Origin: an uncultured Candidatus Rokubacteria bacterium
GTDB lineage: Bacteria > Methylomirabilota > Methylomirabilia > Rokubacteriales > CSP1-6
Length of the DNA stretch: 64,000 nt
NCBI GenBank assembly: GCA_963789955.1
Contig: CAWBMV010000012.1
Location: forward strand, 320,001 to 384,000
Direction: 5' to 3'
Shown piece by piece: positions 54,162-63,679 of the stretch. Within the stretch, counting starts at the first letter, position 1. Every line of letters begins with the position of its first letter. The notes beneath the pieces are model-generated. The model saw nothing but the letters and a program-made list of their open reading frames with translations, made no database searches and was not told where the DNA came from. A program made the position numbers and the translations under genes.

Positions 54162-56591
54162 ATCGATCCCGCCCGCGTCGTCATCATCGGCGGCGGCGTC
54201 GCCGGCTGCAGCATCGCGTATCACCTGGCGGTCGCCGGTTGCCGCGACGTCCTCGTGCTCGACCGGGGCGAGCTCACCGGCGGATCGACGTTTCATTCCG
54301 CGGGCCTGGTCGGGCAGCTGCGCTCGACGATCGCGCTGACTCGAATCAACATGGCGAGCGTCGAGCTCTATCGGCGGCTGCGCGACGACACCGGCGTCGA
54401 TCCGGGCTGGCGCGAGGTCGGCAGCCTGCGACTGGCCTCGTCGAAGGCGCGTCTCCTCGAGCTCCGGCGCCAGGTCGGCTGGGCGCGAACCTTCGGGCTC
54501 CCGCTGAGCCTGATCTCCGCGGACGAGGCGCGCGAGCTGTTCCCCTTGATGAGTGTCGACGGTGTCGAGGGGGCGGCCTATCTTCCGACCGACGGTCGCA
54601 TCGATCCGGCGTCGCTCGCCGGGGCGCTGGCCGCGGGCGCGCGGAAGCGCGGCGTGACGATCCGGACGGGCGTGAACGTGCTCGGCATCGAGGTCGACGG
54701 TCGCAAGGTCACGGCCGTGCAGACCGACCACGGCACCGTGCCGTGCGAGGTCGTCGTCAACGCCGGGGGGATCTGGTCGCACGAGCTCGGTCGCATGGTC
54801 GGCCTCACCGTGCCGGTCATTCCGATGGCGCACCAGTACCTGGTCACGAAGCCCATCGACGGCGTCACCCGCGACATCCCGACGATGCGCGATCCCGACC
54901 GGCTCGTGTACTTTCGCGAAGAGGTCGGCGGGCTGCTCATGGGCGGCTACGAGCGAACGCCCGCGCCGTGGGGCCTCGAGGGAATCCCGCGAGACTTCAC
55001 CCACAAGCTGCTCGCGCCGGACTGGGAGCGGTTCGGGGACCTGATGGAGCTGGCGATCTCCCGCGTGCCGGCGATCGGCCGCGCCGAGGTCATCACCTTG
55101 ATCAACGGCCCCGAAGCGTTCACGCCCGACGGCGAGTTCATCATGGGCGAGGCGCCGGACGTTCGCGGGTTCTTCGTGGCGGCCGGCTTCTGCGCTCACG
55201 GCATCGCCGGCGCCGGCGGAGTCGGCAAGGTGATGGCCGAGTGGATTCTCGACGGGCGTCCCTCGATCGACGTCTGGCGGATGGACCTGCGCCGCTTCGG
55301 CGCCCACTACGCCGACCGTGGCTACGCGCGCGCCCAGGCGTTCGAGACGTACTCCACGTACTACGACATCCACTATCCCGGCGAGGAACGGCGCGCCGGG
55401 CGCGGCCTCAAGCGTTCGCCCGTTCACGCGCGGGTCGAAGCCCTCGGCGGCGCGTTCGGCGAGAAGGCGGGCTGGGAGCGGCCGAACTGGCTCGAGTCGA
55501 ACGCGGCGCAATCGCCGCGGCGGTGGACGCCTCGGGGCTGGTCGGCGCGCCACTGGTCGACGGCGATCGAAGCCGAGCACCGCGCCGCGCGTGAGCACGC
55601 GGTGCTCTTCGACGAGACCTCGTTCAGCAAGCTCGAGGTGTCGGGCGCGGGTGCGCTCGGCGTGCTGCAGCGGCTGGCCGACAACGACCTCGACAAGCCG
55701 GTCGGCGCCGTCACCTACACGCAGCTGCTCAACGAGCGCGGCGGGATCGAGTGCGATCTGACCGTGACGCGTATCGGCGCGGACCGCTTCATGCTCGTGA
55801 CCGGAAGCGCCTTCGGGCTCCACGACCTGTCCTGGGTCCGGTCTCACGCCGCAGACGATCGCGCCGTCGCGGTCGAGGACGTGACGGAGCGTTACGCGTG
55901 CCTCGGTCTCTTCGGGCCCAGGGCCCGCGAGATTCTCTCGCGCGTCACGCGTGAGGACGTGTCCGACTCCGCGTTCCCTTACATGAGCGCGCGCCGTCTC
56001 ACGGTGGGGGAGGCGTCCGTCCTCGCGCTCCGAGTCACCTACGTCGGCGAGCTCGGCTGGGAGCTCTACACACCGATCGCCGACGGCCTCGCCCTCTGGG
56101 ACGCGCTCTGGGCCGCCGGGAGTCCGCTCGGCATGGTCGCCGCCGGATATCGGGCGATCGACTCACTGCGTCTCGAGAAGGGGTACCGCTACTGGAGCGC
56201 CGAGGTCACGCCCGAGCACACGCCGCTCGAAGCGGGGCTCGGGTTCTGCGTCCGCCTCGACAAGGGCGACTTCATCGGCCGCGACGCGCTCGTGAAGCAG
56301 AAGGCCGAAGGACTCACGAGCAAGCTCGTCTGCCTCACCCTGGCCGAGCCGACCGTGGTCGCGCTGGGCGGAGAGCCGATTCTCGCCGAGGGGCGTACGA
56401 TCGGGCGGGTGACCAGCGGCGGTTACGGCTACACGGTGGGCGCCTCGATCGCGTACGGCTACGTGCCGGTGGTCGCGTCCACGCCGGGCACGCGCCTGGC
56501 GATCGAGCTTTTCGGCGAGACGGTCCCGGCGATCGTGAGCCGCGAGCCGCTGTACGATCCCAGGGGCCAGAAGATCAGGGGAGGTGTCTGA
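54162..56591 (+). CDS. FAD-dependent oxidoreductase-GcvT fusion (dimethylglycine/sarcosine dehydrogenase family)
   Basis: IIGGGVAG, STFHSAG, FTPDG, YVGELGWE and SLRLEKG motifs. No canonical start is seen (ATC at 54162). Confidence 0.9.
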   Translation: MDPARVVIIGGGVAGCSIAYHLAVAGCRDVLVLDRGELTGGSTFHSAGLVGQLRSTIALTRINMASVELYRRLRDDTGVDPGWREVGSLRLASSKARLLELRRQVGWARTFGLPLSLISADEARELFPLMSVDGVEGAAYLPTDGRIDPASLAGALAAGARKRGVTIRTGVNVLGIEVDGRKVTAVQTDHGTVPCEVVVNAGGIWSHELGRMVGLTVPVIPMAHQYLVTKPIDGVTRDIPTMRDPDRLVYFREEVGGLLMGGYERTPAPWGLEGIPRDFTHKLLAPDWERFGDLMELAISRVPAIGRAEVITLINGPEAFTPDGEFIMGEAPDVRGFFVAAGFCAHGIAGAGGVGKVMAEWILDGRPSIDVWRMDLRRFGAHYADRGYARAQAFETYSTYYDIHYPGEERRAGRGLKRSPVHARVEALGGAFGEKAGWERPNWLESNAAQSPRRWTPRGWSARHWSTAIEAEHRAAREHAVLFDETSFSKLEVSGAGALGVLQRLADNDLDKPVGAVTYTQLLNERGGIECDLTVTRIGADRFMLVTGSAFGLHDLSWVRSHAADDRAVAVEDVTERYACLGLFGPRAREILSRVTREDVSDSAFPYMSARRLTVGEASVLALRVTYVGELGWELYTPIADGLALWDALWAAGSPLGMVAAGYRAIDSLRLEKGYRYWSAEVTPEHTPLEAGLGFCVRLDKGDFIGRDALVKQKAEGLTSKLVCLTLAEPTVVALGGEPILAEGRTIGRVTSGGYGYTVGASIAYGYVPVVASTPGTRLAIELFGETVPAIVSREPLYDPRGQKIRGGV

Positions 56592-57712
56592 GATGCGGAT
56601 CGAAACGGTCGCGGTCCACGCCGGCACGCACGTCGATCCCGGCACCGGCGCGGTCACACAGGCCATCCATCCGTCCACGACGTTCGAGCGCGACCCGGAC
56701 GGCTCGTACCCGCGCGGCTTCCTCTATTCGCGCAACAACAACCCCAATCGCGAGGCGCTCGAGGAGTGCCTGGCGGCTCTCGAGGGCGGTGCGGCCGCCG
56801 CCGCGTTCTCGTCGGCCTCGGCCGCGACCTCGGCGGTTCTCCTGGCGCTCGAGCCCGGCGATCACGTGGTCGCCCCGATGGACGCGTACCACGGCACGTC
56901 GCGGCTCCTACGCGAGACCTTCGCGCGCTGGAAGCTCGACACCACGTTCGTGGACATGACCGACGTCGCCGCGGTGCGGGCGGCGATGCGGGCGAACACG
57001 CGGCTCGTGTGGGTCGAGACGCCGTCCAATCCGTTGTGGAAGATCACCGACATCGCGGCGATCGGCGAGATCGCCCGTGCGGCGGGCGCGCGCTACGTCT
57101 GCGACAACACGACGGCCACCCCCGTGCTCCAGTCGCCGCTCAAGCTCGGCGCGGATCTGGTCGTGCACGCGACGACCAAGTATCTCGGCGGTCACGGCGA
57201 CGTGCTCGGCGGCGCCGTGGTGTCGCGGGTCGCGGACGAGCTCTTCGAGAGGATCCGTGGGGTGCAGGCGTCGGCCGGCGCGGTGCCCTCGCCCTTCGAC
57301 TGCTGGCTCGTGCGGCGCGGGATCCGGACCTTGCCGTATCGGGTGCGCGGCCACTGCGAGAACGCGTTACGGGTCGCGACGTTTCTGCACGGCCACCGGC
57401 GCGTCGAGGCGGTGCACTATCCCGGGCTACCCACGCACGCGGCGCACGACGTCGCGCGCCGGCAGATGACGGCGTTCGGCGGCATGGTGTCGGTCCAGAT
57501 CCGCGGGGATCGGGCGCGCGCGATGGACGTCGCGGCCAAGCTTCGCGTCTTCACCCGCGCCACGAGCTTCGGGGGGACCGAGAGCCTCGTCGAGCACCGC
57601 GCGTCCATCGAGGGCGCCGGGTACGCGCACGCCAGAAAATCTCTTGAGGCTGTCGATCGGCCTCGAGCACCACGACGATCTGATCGAAGATCTCGAGCAG
57701 GCGCTGTCATGA
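56584..57712 (+). CDS. Cys/Met metabolism PLP enzyme (cystathionine gamma-synthase/lyase); frameshift near 57620
   Basis: YSRNNNP, ETPSNP, DNT and TKYLGGH motifs. Confidence 0.9.
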
Positions 57713-57749
57713 GCGGGGCCGTGGCGGCGGACGGCCAGGAGAGGAACCG

Positions 57750-58487
57750 ATGAGCCTGAGTGGACAGGTCGCGCTGATCACCGGAGGGGCGCGCGGGATC
57801 GGCCTGGCCATCGCGCGGCGGCTCGTCGCCGACGGCGCGCGCGTCGCGCTCGTCGACCTGGACAAGTCGGCGGTCGAGGCGGCGGCGGGCGAGATCGGCG
57901 CCTCGGCGATGCCGCTCGTGGCCGACGTGACGCGCACCGACGACGTGGAGCGGGCGGTCGGAGCGGCCCACGCGCGCTGGGGTCGGCTCGACATCGTCGT
58001 CAACAACGCCGGGATCACCGGCGGCTCGAAGCTCACCTGGGAGCTCACCGACGAGGACTGGAATCAAGTCATCGCCTGCGATCTCACCAGCGTCTTCCTC
58101 GTCTCACGGGCGGCGGTGCGGCTCATGCTGCCGCGGCGCAGCGGGCGCATCGTGAACATCGCGTCGATCGCCGGCAAGGAGGGCAATCCCACGCTCGTGC
58201 CCTACTCGACGGCCAAGGCGGGCGTGATCGGCTTCACCAAGGCGCTCGCGAAAGAGGTGGCGACCCACGGGATTCTCGTGAACGCGGTGGCGCCGGCCGT
58301 GATCGGGACCGACATGGTGAAGCAGATGTCGAAGGAGACCGTCGACTACCTGGTGGCCAAGATCCCGATGGGCCGCGTCGGGCGCCCCGAAGAGGTGGCG
58401 GCGCTGGTCGCCTGGCTCGTGTCCGACGAGTGCTCGTTCTCGACCGGTGCCGTCTACGATCTCTCGGGCGGCCGCGCCACGTACTGA
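57750..58487 (+). CDS. Short-chain dehydrogenase/reductase
   Basis: TGGARGIG, GKEGNP, YSTAK and DLSGGRATY motifs. Confidence 0.9.
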   Translation: MSLSGQVALITGGARGIGLAIARRLVADGARVALVDLDKSAVEAAAGEIGASAMPLVADVTRTDDVERAVGAAHARWGRLDIVVNNAGITGGSKLTWELTDEDWNQVIACDLTSVFLVSRAAVRLMLPRRSGRIVNIASIAGKEGNPTLVPYSTAKAGVIGFTKALAKEVATHGILVNAVAPAVIGTDMVKQMSKETVDYLVAKIPMGRVGRPEEVAALVAWLVSDECSFSTGAVYDLSGGRATY

Positions 58488-58996
58488 AGCAAGGTCAGCT
58501 TCGAGACCGACTCCGTGATGTCACCCTCGATCGCCATGCGGATGGCCTCCTCGAGAGGCACCACCCGCCGCTCGAGAAACTCGTCCTCGTCGGCGGGCAG
58601 GGGATCGAGGGTCAGCCCGTAGGCGGCGTAGCAGTACGCGAACTCGTCCAGGTAGGCGTTCGAGGGGTAAAAGCTCGTCAAGAGCTCGAGCCGCTCGGCG
58701 CGGTAGCCGCCCTCTTCGCGCAGCTCGCGCTGGGCCGCCACCACGGGATCCTCGCCGGGCTGCGCGCCGCCCCCTGGAAGCTCCCACGAGATCTTGCCGA
58801 CGAGATGGCGATACTGGCCGACCAGGAGGACCCGCGCCGGCTCGACGAAGGGGAGCACGCCGACCGTCACGCCGACCGCCAGGACCGGATAGACGATCTC
58901 CTGGCCGTCCGGCAGCCGCCAGGCGTCTTCGCGGAGCGTGAGCTTGCCGCGCGTGTAAAGCGCCGCCGACGACAGGCGGGTCCAGGCCGCGTTCAC
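58454..58996 (-). CDS. NUDIX hydrolase
   Basis: Nudix box GGAQPGEDPVVAAQRELREEGG. Confidence 0.9.
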   Translation of the reverse strand: MNAAWTRLSSAALYTRGKLTLREDAWRLPDGQEIVYPVLAVGVTVGVLPFVEPARVLLVGQYRHLVGKISWELPGGGAQPGEDPVVAAQRELREEGGYRAERLELLTSFYPSNAYLDEFAYCYAAYGLTLDPLPADEDEFLERRVVPLEEAIRMAIEGDITESVSKLTLLQYVARPPERS

Positions 58997-59021
58997 TGCC
59001 CTATGATATCGTAGGGACGCG

Positions 59022-59252
59022 ATGGCTCGAGATCGACAGATCGACACTCTCCTGAAAAAGCTTCTGCAGACGATCGAAGCGTCTCTCTCCGCCGCCGACG
59101 CGGCCCGGGATGCCGTGCAGGAGATCCTCCGTCGTGGCGCGGACACCGGGATCTTTTTCGCCGGCAGTAAGAAAGGCGTGACGGTGTCGTCCGAGCTGAC
59201 GACCCAGGACAAAGAGTTCCTCCGGGCGGTGTCGATCAAGCCCGACCGCTGA
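59022..59252 (+). CDS. Small hypothetical protein
   Basis: Clean 76-aa ORF behind a -10 box, at the head of a gene run. Confidence 0.65.
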   Translation: MARDRQIDTLLKKLLQTIEASLSAADAARDAVQEILRRGADTGIFFAGSKKGVTVSSELTTQDKEFLRAVSIKPDR

Positions 59253-59258
59253 GGTCGT

Positions 59259-59498
59259 ATGCGGCTTCTTCCGATTCTCCTGTTCCTGGTCGTCGCCTTC
59301 GTGTTGCTGCTCCCGCTGCTGCGTGGAGTCCGGCTCCGCCCACGCGCCCCGGCCCGCCAGGCCGTGCCCGACGAGCTCGTCAAGGACCCGGTCTGCCAGA
59401 CGTACATCGTGAAGTCGCGCGCCGTCCGGCGCGCGGACGCCGGCCACATCCGATACTTCTGCAGCGAGCAGTGCGCCCGGCTCGACACCGGCGCCTGA
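59259..59498 (+). CDS. YHS/TRASH-domain membrane protein
   Basis: KDPVCQTYI...YFCSEQC. Confidence 0.85.
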   Translation: MRLLPILLFLVVAFVLLLPLLRGVRLRPRAPARQAVPDELVKDPVCQTYIVKSRAVRRADAGHIRYFCSEQCARLDTGA

Positions 59499-59508
59499 CC
59501 CGCTCCGC

Positions 59509-60384
59509 GTGAGCCGCCGCGAATCCGGACGATCGACGCTTGCCGGCCGTCGCGTGCGCGCGGAGCGCCGCCATCCGGATCCGTGGCGAGACGCCGACGC
59601 GCAGACGAACGTCGACGAGATGGCGAAGAGCCTCGAGGCGCGCGGCCGGACACCCGCGCAGGCGCGGCTGCGGCGGCGCTTTTTGAAGTTCGTCCCGGTC
59701 AGACCCGGCGAGCGGGTCCTCGAGGTGGGATGCGGCACGGGCGTCGTCGTTCGCGACCTCGCCGCACTGGTCGGGCGCCGGGGCGAGGTCGTGGGTGTCG
59801 ATGCGAGCCGGCAGCTGCTCGAGCGGGCCCGGGCTCTCTGTCGTGAGACGGCGCGTCAGGCGCGCATCACGTGGCGTGTCGCGGACGGCGCGAGCCTCCC
59901 GTTCGCCACGAACCGCTTCGACCTTGCGCTGGCCATCACCGTCGTCCTGCACGTCGCCGACCCGCTGCGCGTGGCGCGCGAGATGGCGAGGGTGACGCGG
60001 CCGGGTGGGCGCGTGGGTCTGCAAGATCAAGATTTCGGCGTGGTGGCCGTCACCCATCCGGACCGGGCGCTCACCGAGCGCATCATGCGCGGCGTGGCGG
60101 AGCGCGTCTACGAGGAGCCGCACAGCGGGCGCCGCCTCCCGGGTCTGCTCCGCGCCGCCGGCCTGGTGGATGTGCGGCTGCTGACCGACGTCTACCAGGA
60201 CACGACGCTCGAGCCGTGGACGAAGACCTTCCTCGAGCGCCGTGCCGAGCGGGCCGTCCGCTTCGGCATTGTGGACGTGCCGACCGCCGAGCACTGGCTC
60301 GACGGCTTCACGGAAGTCGTCGCCGCCGACGCCTTCGTGCTGACCTTGAACTACTACGGCGCCGTCGGAGTGAAGGTTCGATGA
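59509..60384 (+). CDS. Class I SAM-dependent methyltransferase
   Basis: VLEVGCGTG and RVTRPGG motifs. Confidence 0.88.
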   Translation: MSRRESGRSTLAGRRVRAERRHPDPWRDADAQTNVDEMAKSLEARGRTPAQARLRRRFLKFVPVRPGERVLEVGCGTGVVVRDLAALVGRRGEVVGVDASRQLLERARALCRETARQARITWRVADGASLPFATNRFDLALAITVVLHVADPLRVAREMARVTRPGGRVGLQDQDFGVVAVTHPDRALTERIMRGVAERVYEEPHSGRRLPGLLRAAGLVDVRLLTDVYQDTTLEPWTKTFLERRAERAVRFGIVDVPTAEHWLDGFTEVVAADAFVLTLNYYGAVGVKVR

Positions 60385-61295
60385 GACGAGCGGGTATCGG
60401 TGTCACCGTCGTCGTGATCCTCCTGGCGTGGCTCTTCCCGCTGGGCGCGCAGGACACGCGGCTTCCTCCGGTGTTCGACGGCGCCGCCGCGCTCCGGCAT
60501 GTGGAGCGACTCGTGGCCATCGGTCCGCGGCCGGCAGGATCGCCGGCCGCGGCCCGGGCGCGCACGTACATCGTCGACGAGCTTCGCAAGGCCGGCGTGC
60601 CCGCCCGGGTCGAATCGTTCGACGCGGCGACGCCACACGGCCGGCTGCCGATGGCCAACGTGGTCGCCGCCCTGCCCGGGCGGCGCCGCGACACGATCGT
60701 GATCGCCGGCCACTACGACACGAAATGGTTCAAAGACTTCGCGTTCGTGGGCGCCAACGACGGCGGCTCGAGCGCGGCGCTGCTGATCGAGCTGGCGCGT
60801 CGTCTGCACGCGCGGCAGCACGAATACACCTACTGGGTCGTGTGGCTCGACGGCGAGGAGGCGCGCGAATCGTGGACCTCGACCGACAGCCTCTACGGCT
60901 CGCGGTGGATGGCCGCCGAGCTCAGCAAGTCGCGCCAGCTGCCGAGTGCCGTGATCGTGGCCGACATGATCGGCGACCGCGAGCTCGGCATCCGGCGCGA
61001 GGCGGCCTCGACGCCGTGGATGACCGACGTCATCTGGGCGAGCGCGGCGCGGCTCGGGTATTCCGCGTACTTCCTGCCGGAATCGATGGCCGTCGAGGAC
61101 GACCACGCGCCGTTCATGCGTCTGGGAGTCCCGGCGGCGCTGCTGATCGATTTCGACTTTCCGCCCTGGCACACGGCCCAGGACACGCTCGACAAGGTGT
61201 CGGCCCGGAGCCTCGAGATCGTCGGCAAGGTGATCCTCGACGCGCTGCCGGGGATCGAGGACGGCCTGAGCCGCTCGCGCGGCGGGCGACCCTGA
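60381..61295 (+). CDS. M28 family metallopeptidase / glutaminyl cyclase-like exported protein
   Basis: HYDTK, GANDGGSS, DGEE, DMIG, EDDHAPF and WHT motifs. Confidence 0.85.
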   Translation: MRRAGIGVTVVVILLAWLFPLGAQDTRLPPVFDGAAALRHVERLVAIGPRPAGSPAAARARTYIVDELRKAGVPARVESFDAATPHGRLPMANVVAALPGRRRDTIVIAGHYDTKWFKDFAFVGANDGGSSAALLIELARRLHARQHEYTYWVVWLDGEEARESWTSTDSLYGSRWMAAELSKSRQLPSAVIVADMIGDRELGIRREAASTPWMTDVIWASAARLGYSAYFLPESMAVEDDHAPFMRLGVPAALLIDFDFPPWHTAQDTLDKVSARSLEIVGKVILDALPGIEDGLSRSRGGRP

Positions 61296-61322
61296 GCCCG
61301 CGCGACCGGTATAATCCGGTCC

Positions 61323-61874
61323 ATGCCACGAATCAGAGAAGTCGAGGATCCCGGAGACGATCCCGTCCTGAAGGAAGTGTTCGCGAAGGAGACCGAGGCC
61401 TTCGGCTTCGTTCTGAACACGACGAAGATCCAGGCGCACACCCCCGGGATCATGAAGGCCGCGAAGCAGCTCTCGGCGGCGGTCGAGCGGTCCGGTCTTC
61501 TGCCCGCCGAGCTCCTGGCGCTGGTCTACCTGCGTGTCGCGCTGATCAACGGGTGCCCGTTCTGAATCGATATCAACGCATCCCGGGGGATGCGAGCGGG
61601 CGCGTCGGAGGCGAAGATCGCCGAGGTCCCCACCGCGCTCACCAGCAAGCTCTTCGACGAGCGCGAGAAGGTGGCCATGGAGTACGCCGAGGCGATGACG
61701 TTCAGTGACCGGAAGGTCGGCGAGGATCTGTTCGCGCGCGTGCGCGCGCATTTCTCGGACGCGCAGATCGTGGAGCTGACCGCCGCCGTGGCGCTCGAGA
61801 ACTTCCGCTCGAAGTTCAACGTGGCGCTCGGCATCGAGGCGCAGGGATTCTGCCTGATCAAGGCGCCCAAGTAG
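61323..61874 (+). CDS. AhpD/carboxymuconolactone decarboxylase family protein with an in-frame UGA (probable selenocysteine)
   Basis: ORFs 61323..61565 and 61590..61874 share one frame, reading LRVALINGCPF-UGA-IDIN. Confidence 0.85.
61577..61594 (+). promoter_or_regulatory. Candidate bacterial SECIS hairpin
   Basis: CGCATCC-CGGG-GGATGCG, starting 11 nt after the UGA. Confidence 0.6.
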
Positions 61875-61889
61875 TTACGCCCGAATTCG

Positions 61890-61960
61890 CAGTCCGGGGA
61901 GCCGCTCGGGCTTGCCTTCGGCCCATCGCCACTCGATCACGAGGTTCTGGCCGTTAACCA
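61890..61960 (-). pseudogene. Fragment of an ABC substrate-binding protein gene
   Basis: Minus-strand translation NGQNLVIEWRWAEGKPERLPGL. Confidence 0.55.
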
Positions 61961-62070
61961 ATCCTCGAAGAGCATTCGCCGGAGATAGCCAGCAGACCCG
62001 TGCGTGGACGAGTTGGCCGCGTCGGTCGAGCCCGGGCTATTCGATCACTGGTCCGTCCGCTTGCAGTACC

Positions 62071-62458
62071 TCAGAGCCAACGCCGCACCGCCTCCGCCGT
62101 ATCACTCGGCTTCGTGTTGAAGCACCGCTTGGCCTGAGGAGCGTGTTCATGCACGACGTTGACTAGTTTCTCAAATAGCAAGAACTTGCTTGGCATCGTG
62201 CGTATGCCTGCCCCGATGAGGACGCAATCAAAGAGCTTCTGCTTGAGCTGGCTACGAACAACTGCCTCAGCAGTCTCACCAAAGTCGGTCAAACACATTT
62301 GCACGTCATAGCCGAGGCGAGACAATTCGTCCTCCGAGGCTTCAGATCGGCCAGTACCTTGGTGGCGTCCAGGCCCAGGCCCGTGGAAGCGTAGTCGGGG
62401 TGCGAAAGTGGATGAGCGTTGGTTCCAGGCCAATCACAAGACGTTTTCTGTCAGTCAC
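62071..62458 (-). CDS. Hypothetical protein, frameshifted or decayed at the 5' end
   Basis: GGAGG RBS and GTG at 62458; protein-like C-terminus DCVLIGAGIR...FEKLVNVVH...FNT. Confidence 0.6.
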
Positions 62459-63679
62459 AGTACCTCCATCTCGGCGCGTTGGCGCACGACACATGATTTT
62501 GCGCCGGGCTCATGTGCCTCAGGGGCGAGCGGCGCAAGAACCAGACTGACACTGAGAACGACCACGTTCGATCGCGCGATGAGCACTTCCTCGTCCCATC
62601 GAGCGGTCGGCCTTCACAAGTGTCCGATCCAGCCGCCCAGCGTTGCTACGAGTACCGGATACGCGTCGAAGGGCAACGGCAATGTCGTCGGCAGGACCTG
62701 AACGCCTGCGAAGATGGGCACGGCAGTCGTCGCGAAGAGGACCGCCGCGAAGAGACCGTAGAAGTGCGTACTAGCCGAGGAACACTCGGGGATGCTGATG
62801 AGCACCAGCGCCAGAGCCCACAGGCTCGTTCCCGCCGCGAACGTCGGACAACATCGTGGCTTCCGGTGCCGCGCAATCCCGAAACGTCCAGGTGTCCAGC
62901 CCTCCGGCCCAATCGTATTCTCCACCGCCTTTGACTAGACGGCGACCTCGAATGAAAATCACAGATTTGATCCTGTGGACAGCGGTGGATGCTGTGGACC
63001 CGATTGCCCTTGACGGCGTGTCGGAGACCGGCGCAATGGACTTTGCTGAGAGGACTCTTTTCGCACCTATTGCTGTGCGCGACCAGACAGCGGAGGGCAT
63101 ATTCAACACTTCGCTCGTACCCGACGATCTCGACGGCGCTCGCGGCATCCTGAACGGCACAGTGCTGTCGTTGCCGCTCTGGAATTCTCCTGGCGTTCTG
63201 GCATCTCCTGACCTCGGGCGGAGGGTATCCCTAGCACCGTCTGAGGAGTCTAGCTCGACGTCGGCGGAAGCCGAGCCCCGAAGGTCAGTTCAGTAATGCG
63301 AAGTGGAAAAGATCCACTTCGCTATCCTCGGCGTCACCCACCGCCCAAACACCACAACTGGCGGAGCTGATCGTCAGACGAGTTCGCGACTGCCTGGACG
63401 ACGTCTCGGTAGGCGCCGATGATCCGTCCACCGTCTCGACCGTCTCGTCCTCGGAGAGTCGACGATGCACCCTGATCGAGTCCAGGACAGCCTGTCGAAG
63501 CCTCTCGCCAACCTGGTCGTGCTCAGCCGGAGTATAGGAAAAGACTCGTCGGCGCACAGCGGCAACCGCAGGGTCGGATTCCTGGATCAGGGCAAACATC
63601 GAGGCGAAAGTGCAGAAGGGCTCCGTTCACGGGATGTCCGCTCGTTTCGGGCGATTCGACTGACGTTGAACGGGATCCC

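Noticed and set aside
62614..63599. ORFs 62614..62925, 62856..63296 and 63285..63599
   Set aside because: They have no recognisable motifs, lie on conflicting strands and sit in a decayed region, so I cannot support them as genes.
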